Positions 57,223 to 63,363 of a DNA stretch of 64,000 bases are shown here, one piece after another (the stretch's first letter is position 1; every line of letters begins with the position of its first letter). The notes under the pieces were generated by a model. That model saw only the letters and a list, made by a program, of their open reading frames with translations, did not search any database and was not told the origin of the DNA. Origin of the DNA: a virus. Location: the IMG/VR virus record IMGVR_UViG_3300031669_000002, positions 96,001 through 160,000 of that record. One strand, 5' to 3'. A program made the translations under genes and the position numbers.

Positions 57223-57315
57223 GGTCCCGTAGTTTAAGGAAAACAAACGGCTTTATATACCGTCAAGGCTCTAGATGAGGGCAAGTCGTGGGATCGTTAC
57301 CCACCGGGACTACCA
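57223..57315 (+). tRNA. Atypical type-II tRNA, probable UAU anticodon
   Basis: 7-bp acceptor, 9-nt anticodon loop region CTTTATATA, 23-nt V region, T-loop ATCGTTA, A73, CCA. Confidence 0.7.
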
Positions 57316-57317
57316 GA

Positions 57318-57356
57318 TGGGCTGGAACGACACGGATCGTAACCGTAGGAGTACCA
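57318..57356 (+). pseudogene. Orphan 3' half of a tRNA (T-arm plus ACCA)
   Basis: ACGG-ATCGTAA-CCGT then AGGAGT-ACCA; T-arm nearly identical to that of tRNA-Glu at 59069. Confidence 0.55.
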
Positions 57357-57389
57357 TATTTTAGTAACAAAGCAGAGAGTATTCTTTGC

Positions 57390-57465
57390 TCCGTAAAATC
57401 CGAGCATGGCGCATGGACGTGACTGTTAATCACTGGTTAGGCTGGTTCGATTCCAGCATACGGAG
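57390..57465 (+). tRNA. tRNA-Asn(GUU), ends CAA, extended acceptor helix
   Basis: Cloverleaf; flanks TATTCTTTGC/GCAAAGAATA pair. Confidence 0.75.
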
Positions 57466-57519
57466 CAAAGAATATTTAGGTAACGCGATAGACTGCATAA
57501 ATACAATATAGGAGTAATT

Positions 57520-58149
57520 ATGTTGAATTGTAAATTTTGTGCTAAGGACTGTAAAAATGCAAACTCATTAAGAAATCATGAAAGGTTATGCAAAGAAAAC
57601 CCAGAGCATCAAACTACATATTTCTCAACACCAGAACGTAAACTTGATATGCGGTGTAGAACAAATCAATTCATAAAAGCAGAAAGAGAAGGATTACCAA
57701 AGCCAATTGTATCTGCTATTACAAGAAAGAAAAGTTCTGATGCAGTTTTATCTAGAACCAACGAATGGAATAAAGAAAATGGAAAACGAATTGCCAAAAC
57801 TATTGCCGAGAAAGTTGCTAACGGCACATGGCATACTTCATTAGCTAAGAACATGCATTACGATTATAACGGTGTTGATTTACATGGCTCGTGGGAATTA
57901 TCGTATGCAATGTATCTCGACGAAAACAAAATAAAGTGGGTGCGCAATAAAGACTCATTTGCGTATGTATTTGAAGGCAAGACCCGAAAATATACTCCGG
58001 ACTTTTTCTTAGTAGATACTAAAGAGTATGTAGAAGTCAAAGGATATAACACAGAAAAAGATGATGCTAAGTGGACACAGTTTCCGCTCGCATTAAAAGT
58101 GTTGATGAAAAAAGATTTATTGGAGCTAGGTATTAAAATAAAGTTATAA
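57520..58149 (+). CDS. TnsA-like PD-(D/E)xK homing endonuclease with N-terminal Zn finger
   Basis: CKFC...H...C; GSWEL.Y...LD; YTPDFFL...YVEVKG. Confidence 0.8.
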   Translation: MLNCKFCAKDCKNANSLRNHERLCKENPEHQTTYFSTPERKLDMRCRTNQFIKAEREGLPKPIVSAITRKKSSDAVLSRTNEWNKENGKRIAKTIAEKVANGTWHTSLAKNMHYDYNGVDLHGSWELSYAMYLDENKIKWVRNKDSFAYVFEGKTRKYTPDFFLVDTKEYVEVKGYNTEKDDAKWTQFPLALKVLMKKDLLELGIKIKL

Positions 58150-58168
58150 AGTATTTTACAAAGTTTAT

Positions 58169-58243
58169 GGGCTGATAGTGATAGTGATAGCACATCGCGC
58201 TTGCACCGCGAGAGCCGGGGTTTGATTCCCCGTCGGTCCACCA
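58169..58243 (+). tRNA. tRNA-Ala(UGC)
   Basis: G3-U70, CCA. Confidence 0.9.
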
Positions 58244-58249
58244 AGTTAT

Positions 58250-58323
58250 AGTCCTGTCCTCTAACGGTAAGAGGGTCGCCCGATTAGCGACTAATTTCAG
58301 TTCGACTCTGAATGGGACCACCA
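58250..58323 (+). tRNA. tRNA-Ile(GAU), atypical loop
   Basis: Cloverleaf; loop CC GAT TA; A1-C72 mismatch; CCA. Confidence 0.7.
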
Positions 58324-58448
58324 AACAAATAAAGACCTTAGTAAAAGAGTGCCGCATGTCACTGAACCATGCTACAAGGTTTTTAGAACAACGGGGGATT
58401 AGGCTAGTTGAAATGTTAAGCTACTGCTTTCCCAACATAAATAATAGT

Positions 58449-59003
58449 ATGAAACGAATATTAATCAATGACATGCCCTGGACAGTAATACAAGCCGAGT
58501 ATGATTCGGGATTATCAATAAGAGACATAGGTAAAAAACGAAGCATGAGTGGAAAAACGTTTGCTAACGCACGGCGATTGGGACTATTTACTTCCAGAAC
58601 TGCATCAGAATCATTAAAGATAAAGCATCAAATTAGTCCAAGAGATTATTCAGCGGTTCGTAGTCAGAGGTCAGCATTAACTAACTATAGAGCAGACTGT
58701 GCTTTTAAGTTTAATCTTAACAGTTATCCCGATGAGTTTGAATTTACATTAGTCGAAAGATATGGATGGTATAAAGCTAAAAATAGGGGCGACAACCAGA
58801 CTGGGATCAGCAGAGACCACTCAGTAAGTGTTAGGTATGGGTTTGATAACAAGTTATCAGCAGAACATTTATCACATCCAGCAAACTGTGCATTAATGCA
58901 ACATGGAAAAAACGTATCAAAAGGTAAAAAGAATACAATGTCTTATGAAGAATTGCTTACTCGCATTGAATCATGGGATAAGAAATATGGGCTGTTAGTA
59001 TAG
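58449..59003 (+). CDS. HNH-like homing endonuclease
   Basis: SRDHSVSV..GF...SHPANC...N.SKG, paralogous to 22108; start at 58449 after late promoter at 58436; stop inside tRNA-Ala. Confidence 0.75.
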   Translation: MKRILINDMPWTVIQAEYDSGLSIRDIGKKRSMSGKTFANARRLGLFTSRTASESLKIKHQISPRDYSAVRSQRSALTNYRADCAFKFNLNSYPDEFEFTLVERYGWYKAKNRGDNQTGISRDHSVSVRYGFDNKLSAEHLSHPANCALMQHGKNVSKGKKNTMSYEELLTRIESWDKKYGLLV

Positions 59004-59062
59004 CGGGATTACGTCGCCCTTGCACGGCGAATACCGGGGTTCGACTCCCCGACGGTCCACCA
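58989..59062 (+). tRNA. tRNA-Ala(UGC), second copy
   Basis: G3-U70, CCA. Confidence 0.9.
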
Positions 59063-59068
59063 AACAAC

Positions 59069-59143
59069 ACTGCTGTCGTCTACTGGATAGGACGCTAGGC
59101 TTTCAACCTGGAGAAGACGGATCGTAACCGTTCAGCAGTACCA
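59069..59143 (+). tRNA. tRNA-Glu(UUC)
   Basis: Cloverleaf, T-loop ATCGTAA, CCA. Confidence 0.85.
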
Positions 59144-59159
59144 GATTTAAAAGAACAAT

Positions 59160-59238
59160 TGGGGAATAGCCAAGACAGGCCTAAGGCAACGGGTTTTGAA
59201 CCCGTCATTCGTTGGTTCGAATCCAACTTCCCTAGCCA
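59160..59238 (+). tRNA. tRNA-Gln(UUG)
   Basis: U1-A72, G73, CCA. Confidence 0.9.
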
Positions 59239-59242
59239 AATT

Positions 59243-59299
59243 AGGATGCCTACTGCAAATTAAAAATTTCACTTTCAATGAAACCCAATGTGCATCCTG
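59243..59299 (+). ncRNA. AGGAT...ATCCTG mini-RNA with UUC anticodon-like hairpin
   Basis: 7-bp closing stem; TTTCA-CTTTCAA-TGAAA. Confidence 0.55.
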
Positions 59300-59325
59300 T
59301 AAAATATTTGAGTAGTACGCATTGT

Positions 59326-59399
59326 CGGAGATTGGGAAAGCTTGGTAATCCGTCTGTTTTGGGAACAGAAGACCGTTGGTTCGAATCCAACATTTCCGA
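59326..59399 (+). tRNA. tRNA-Pro(UGG), ends CAA, extended acceptor helix
   Basis: Cloverleaf; flanks TACGCATTGT/ACAATGCGTA pair. Confidence 0.85.
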
Positions 59400-59440
59400 C
59401 AATGCGTATTAATAGACAGATTTAGTTTTGTGTATATCGT

Positions 59441-59514
59441 CTGTGCGTGGTGACAAGTGGACGTCGACTCGGTTTGGAACCGAGAATATGCCGGTTCGAG
59501 GCCGGCCGCACCGA
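59441..59514 (+). tRNA. tRNA-Pro(UGG), second copy, ends CAA, extended acceptor helix
   Basis: Cloverleaf; 14 of 15 flank positions pair. Confidence 0.75.
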
Positions 59515-59536
59515 CAATATACATAAAAAGAACAAT

Positions 59537-59610
59537 TGCGACTTATCATGGCGATACGCTGGTCTCATAAGCCAGGTCGGAAGGTAGTTCGATTCTACCG
59601 GTCGCAACCA
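59537..59610 (+). tRNA. tRNA(CAU) with shortened D-arm
   Basis: 7-bp acceptor, loop CT CAT AA, CCA. Confidence 0.7.
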
Positions 59611-59616
59611 ATTAAT

Positions 59617-59694
59617 GGCGAGGTTGATAGGTAGAAATCATTGAGCCCTCATAAGGCCAATATAGGCCAGTGCAAGTCTGAGCCCTCGCAACCA
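59617..59694 (+). tRNA. tRNA(CAU), irregular T-arm
   Basis: 1-72 mismatch, T-loop TGCAAGT, CCA. Confidence 0.65.
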
Positions 59695-59703
59695 ATTTTA
59701 AAT

Positions 59704-59773
59704 CCCGCGTCCAGTGGAAGGACAGGAGTCTTCGAAACTCCCAGGAACGGCTCGACTCCGTTACGTGGGTCCA
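59704..59773 (+). tRNA. tRNA-Arg(UCG), contracted acceptor/D junction
   Basis: GGAGT-CTTCGAA-ACTCC anticodon arm; T-arm; CCA. Confidence 0.65.
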
Positions 59774-59939
59774 AATTTTGTTAGTCGTACAGCTGAACGC
59801 CTTTGTTGTCATAGCAATGAACAACACTGAACCGCCGTAAGCCTTCTAACAAAACTAATGCACTGCCAACGTGATATAAGGTTCCGCTAGTATCCTTTAT
59901 ATACGACATTGCATTAGATAGGGACTAGCAAAGAACAAT

Positions 59940-60015
59940 CGCAGGGTAGAGGAGATAGTTCATCATTGGTCTCATAAGCCAAACCAGGGCAGTGCAAGTC
60001 TGCCACCTGCAACCA
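59940..60015 (+). tRNA. tRNA(CAU), initiator-like
   Basis: C1-A72 mismatch, T-loop TGCAAGT, CCA; lacks the three G-C anticodon pairs. Confidence 0.75.
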
Positions 60016-60023
60016 TTTTCAAA

Positions 60024-60094
60024 CGTCTGATAGTTTAATTAAAACGTTCTCCAGATAGGGGAATCATGTGGTGTAGAATCCACGAGGACGACCA
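60024..60094 (+). pseudogene. Degenerate tRNA-like element ending ACCA
   Basis: Partial acceptor, D and T stems; abnormal loops. Confidence 0.45.
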
Positions 60095-60098
60095 GTTA

Positions 60099-60159
60099 AG
60101 GATAGGTACAGCAAATCACAACCGCTAACCTTTTATGTCTAGCGACAAAAACTATCCTG
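60099..60159 (+). ncRNA. AGGAT...ATCCTG mini-RNA with UUU anticodon-like hairpin
   Basis: AGGATAG/CTATCCT stem; ACAGCAAA; CGCTA..CTTTTAT..TAGCG. Confidence 0.55.
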
Positions 60160-60168
60160 TTAAATTAT

Positions 60169-60242
60169 GCCTCTATCATTTAATGGTAGGATGCCGGCCT
60201 GTCTAGTCGGATGCAGGGGTTCGATTCCCCTTGGAGGCGCCA
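60169..60242 (+). tRNA. tRNA-Asp(GUC)
   Basis: Cloverleaf, G73, CCA; U at position 37. Confidence 0.88.
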
Positions 60243-60248
60243 AACATT

Positions 60249-60323
60249 GCCCTTATCGTATAGCGGAGAATACACGAGTCTTCTAAACTTGGAACAGAGG
60301 TTCGATTCCTCTTGAGGGCACCA
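60249..60323 (+). tRNA. tRNA-Arg(UCU)
   Basis: Cloverleaf, CCA. Confidence 0.92.
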
Positions 60324-60336
60324 ATAGGAGTAACAA

Positions 60337-60516
60337 ATGAATGCCAGTGAAATTGCTTTATTAAAAGAAGAAATAAAAGAAGAAATTCTTAACGAACTAA
60401 GATCAAGATTGGCCATAACCACAAGCAGTGGATATGAACGCGGAGTAAAAGAAATTGAGTTGAGATTAGATGGAGAATTAATTTCTTCAGATACAATTTA
60501 TTTTTCAATAAACTAA
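60337..60516 (+). CDS. Small hypothetical protein (59 aa)
   Basis: AGGAG RBS; MNASEIALLKEEIKEE... Confidence 0.65.
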   Translation: MNASEIALLKEEIKEEILNELRSRLAITTSSGYERGVKEIELRLDGELISSDTIYFSIN

Positions 60517-60606
60517 AAAGGAAAAAGAAATGAAACGAGGTAAACGATAGTGTCAGCTTAGTCCCATGTATGGTCTAAGTCTAGTGTTATCAGCATAAAT
60601 AACTAT

Positions 60607-61179
60607 ATGATAACAAAACATTATCCAACTGACTATTATGTTTATGCCTATTTACGAGAAGATGGTAGTCCGTATTATATTGGCAAAGGCAAGGGTGACA
60701 GAGCATGGCATAAACGCCAGCATGAGACAAAACCGCCAAAAGATAGAAGCAGAGTAGTTGTTGTTGAGCAAGAATTAACTCAAGTGGGTGCGCTTGCAAT
60801 AGAACGGAGATTGATTTGTTGGTATGGTCGTAAGGATTTAGGGACAGGAATTCTCAGAAATAAAACTGACGGCGGCGATGGTAATCCTGGATTAAAACAC
60901 TCTGATAAATCTAAAGCATTGATGAGTAAGAAGGCCCGTGCGTCGGCTGCTAAATTGTCAGATGATGGCAAAAGTATTAAAGCAGAAAAATATAGAGCAA
61001 CAATTCTTGCCAAAACAGATAAAGACCGCAAAACAAGATTAGAGAAATTGTCTGACATTTCAAGTGGCACAGTATGGATAAATGATGGTGTTACTAGTCG
61101 AAGAGTTAAACTACTCGAATCTGTTCCGTCTGGGTGGCAACGCGGTAGAATTAAATTAAATAATGGGATGCAAGTGTAA
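60607..61179 (+). CDS. GIY-YIG homing endonuclease
   Basis: [28 protein letters not shown] and NKTDGGDG; stop inside tRNA-Lys. Confidence 0.85.
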   Translation: MITKHYPTDYYVYAYLREDGSPYYIGKGKGDRAWHKRQHETKPPKDRSRVVVVEQELTQVGALAIERRLICWYGRKDLGTGILRNKTDGGDGNPGLKHSDKSKALMSKKARASAAKLSDDGKSIKAEKYRATILAKTDKDRKTRLEKLSDISSGTVWINDGVTSRRVKLLESVPSGWQRGRIKLNNGMQV

Positions 61180-61239
61180 ATGGTGACACAGGAGACTTTT
61201 AATCTTCAGAATCGGGTTCGATTCTCTGCGGTCCCACCA
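61165..61239 (+). tRNA. tRNA-Lys(UUU), degenerate
   Basis: Good D and anticodon arms; mismatched acceptor and T stems; CCA. Confidence 0.6.
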
Positions 61240-61252
61240 AACAAAATTTTAT

Positions 61253-61338
61253 GGGATCGTAGCCTAGAGGCCAGGCACCGGACTTTTAATCCGGCAATCG
61301 CAAGATAAACGTGAGTTCGATTCTCACCGGTCCTACCA
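61253..61338 (+). tRNA. tRNA with UUU anticodon and 16-nt variable arm
   Basis: Clean cloverleaf; V-arm ATC-GCAA-GAT; CCA. Confidence 0.85.
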
Positions 61339-61342
61339 CTCT

Positions 61343-61417
61343 CTTCCGCAAACTTTAGTGGTGAAGTGCAAGACTCTTAATCTTGAAAACTCAGTTCGAC
61401 TCTGAGGCGGAGGACCA
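61343..61417 (+). tRNA. tRNA-Lys(CUU)
   Basis: Cloverleaf, CCA. Confidence 0.9.
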
Positions 61418-61424
61418 AATTTTT

Positions 61425-61472
61425 GGGCTATGCAGGCGCTTGTGGCGGGTTCGATTACCGTAAGGTCCACCA
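61425..61472 (+). ncRNA. 48-nt mini-tRNA with G3-U70, T-arm and ACCA
   Basis: GGGCTAT/AAGGTCC acceptor; no D or anticodon arm. Confidence 0.55.
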
Positions 61473-61538
61473 CAAAATATTTTAGATAGTGTCGACGCTA
61501 TTGCTCTATGGGAAAGCCATAGTAAAATATTTTGTAAT

Positions 61539-61598
61539 GGGCCTAGCTGGGTCTTTCTCCCGGGAGAAAAAGGGGTTCGAGTCCCCTATAGTCCACCA
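61539..61598 (+). ncRNA. 60-nt D-armless mini-tRNA with G3-U70 and ACCA
   Basis: GGGC/GTCC acceptor end; AGGGG-TTCGAGT-CCCCT T-arm. Confidence 0.55.
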
Positions 61599-61604
61599 AA
61601 CAAC

Positions 61605-61678
61605 GGTGATTTAGTTCAATGGCAGAACGGAGCTCTCATAAGGCTTAGACGAAGGATCGTAACCTTCACTCACCACCA
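61605..61678 (+). tRNA. tRNA(CAU) (elongator Met or lysidine-Ile)
   Basis: Cloverleaf, T-loop ATCGTAA, CCA. Confidence 0.85.
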
Positions 61679-61801
61679 AGTAGTGCAATCGTAGCCGTAA
61701 GGCGGTTAAGTCGTTGACGATTTAAAATAAAGCAACGGTGAGTGCAGCTGGTCACTTTCACTAGGACATTAGTATTAGGTTACTAACCAGCAACAAATTA
61801 C

Positions 61802-61877
61802 GCAACTTTAGCTGATGTGGTCATAGCAGGTGCCTGAAGAGCACATGAAACAGGTCCGATTCCTGTAGGTTGCACCA
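61802..61877 (+). tRNA. tRNA-Phe(GAA)
   Basis: Cloverleaf, CCA. Confidence 0.88.
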
Positions 61878-61885
61878 AATAAAAC

Positions 61886-61961
61886 GCCTAGTTGAAGTGA
61901 GAGGTTAGCTACTTGCTCGACAAGCAAGGATATACTGGTTCGAGTCCAGTACTAGGCACCA
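61886..61961 (+). tRNA. tRNA-Val(GAC)
   Basis: Perfect acceptor, anticodon and T stems; weak D stem; loop TC GAC AA. Confidence 0.75.
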
Positions 61962-61964
61962 ATA

Positions 61965-62055
61965 TTTCTTGAGTTATATTCGTCTAAAGGTAAAGACACT
62001 TCCTCGCTCAGAGGTAGAAATGTTATATTCGAACTATTCCATATTTCCAAGAAAC
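61965..62055 (+). pseudogene. Decayed tRNA with paired flanks
   Basis: Recognisable D-arm GTCT/AGAC; TTTCTTG/CAAGAAA flanks; broken T-arm. Confidence 0.35.
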
Positions 62056-62061
62056 AAATAT

Positions 62062-62136
62062 GTCTCTGTAGATTACGGCAGGCTAGATCGACACCCTTTC
62101 AAGGTGTAGAACCGGGTTCGACCCCCGGTAGGGACT
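62062..62136 (+). tRNA. tRNA-Glu(UUC), no encoded CCA
   Basis: Cloverleaf; followed by CACATAGTAG (HEG cassette). Confidence 0.8.
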
Positions 62137-62178
62137 CACATAGTAGATTTTGTATAAATACAATTAAGGAGAACAGAA

Positions 62179-62925
62179 ATGTTTTATTACTTGTATGAAA
62201 TAACAAATACCATTAATGGTAAAATCTACGTAGGAGTTCATAAGACCAACAACTTAAATGATGGGTATATGGGCTCTGGAAAAGTTATTCGACGTGCTAT
62301 GGAAAAGTATGGTGCCGAAAACTTTACAAAAGTCATACTTGAGCAATTCGACGATTCAGTTGCTATGTATGCAAGAGAAAAAGAAGTAGTTTCCGCCTCA
62401 TTTCTTCTACGAGAAGATGTATATAACTTACGCCGAGGAGGAACTGGAGGATTTGATTATATCAATAAACATAAGTTAAATTCAACATGGAATAATGTTG
62501 GCAAACAGCCCGGAACAAAGGCGGTATATTTTACTGCCGAAGATGGGAGGCGCCAACAAATTCTTAATAAGAAAAATAAAACTGGCGCTTATTCTGCCAA
62601 TTTTAAAAATGCATTCAAAGATAAATTACGCCAAGCAGATTTTCAATCACGATCACAGAGTGTAGCCGCAATGGTAAAGAGAAAGAATACTTTTGCAGAA
62701 TCTAGACATCAACAAGGCGAAAAGAATTCACAGTTTGGTATGATGTGGATTACTAATGATATAAAAGATAAGAAGATTAGAAAGACAGATTCTATTCCAG
62801 ATGGATTCAGGAAGGGCAAGAAATATAACCCCCAACAAGTAGAATTTTGTCCGCACTGCCATAAAGAAGGTGCAGGCTCTAACATGAAAAGATATCACTT
62901 TAATAACTGTAAACAAAACGGTTAA
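62179..62925 (+). CDS. Seg-like GIY-YIG homing endonuclease with extra C-terminal Zn module
   Basis: Paralog of 54738 and 55520; CPHC..MKRYHFNNC. Confidence 0.88.
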   Translation: MFYYLYEITNTINGKIYVGVHKTNNLNDGYMGSGKVIRRAMEKYGAENFTKVILEQFDDSVAMYAREKEVVSASFLLREDVYNLRRGGTGGFDYINKHKLNSTWNNVGKQPGTKAVYFTAEDGRRQQILNKKNKTGAYSANFKNAFKDKLRQADFQSRSQSVAAMVKRKNTFAESRHQQGEKNSQFGMMWITNDIKDKKIRKTDSIPDGFRKGKKYNPQQVEFCPHCHKEGAGSNMKRYHFNNCKQNG

Positions 62926-62943
62926 GAAACTTACAAAAAGTTC

Positions 62944-62972
62944 TTGACTAAAGCACAGCATTATGCAATAAT
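62944..62972 (+). promoter_or_regulatory. Sigma70-like promoter
   Basis: TTGACT-N17-AATAAT. Confidence 0.6.
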
Positions 62973-63027
62973 AGATAATAAGTTTTGCAACCAAGTTGCA
63001 GAAAACGATCTTTAAGAATTTAAGAAT

Positions 63028-63300
63028 TTGGGGAAGTATAATTTCCCGTTAGTTGGCCTCGGCCGATTAACATAAAGGATAAGTGCAGCGATGCACCCAA
63101 TGCGGCGAAGATTACATAACCGCTCCGTAAGGCCATTTATACAAGCCTGCTCACCGTGGTGACACGGCGTTCACTGATAAGACCGGTGGATGTAAAGATG
63201 AAGCATGTAGTTGTGGAAAGAACGTTTGCTCAAGCGCCTGGCGTCCTCGCAAGGGACTTAATAATGTCTGAAGGTATTCGATGTGTGATTGTATTCCCAA
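63028..63300 (+). ncRNA. Candidate 273-nt structured RNA
   Basis: Terminal stem TTGGGGA.GTATAAT/ATTGTAT.TCCCAA; several GNRA-capped hairpins. Confidence 0.6.
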
Positions 63301-63363
63301 TCTACTACTTTAACCCAATAACATTTACAAAAGTGTTATTCAGTTAATGATAAATAAATTTAC

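Noticed and set aside
61425-61598. tmRNA (one- or two-piece)
   Set aside because: G3-U70 ends are present, but each element is self-contained and at most 60 nt, with no tag reading frame or pseudoknots.
51298-63347. Short ORF-track ORFs within the RNA island (for example 51298-, 54452-, 56208-, 59147-, 59612-, 60180-, 63156+)
   Set aside because: They overlap tRNA or structured RNA genes, mostly antisense, and lack RBS support.
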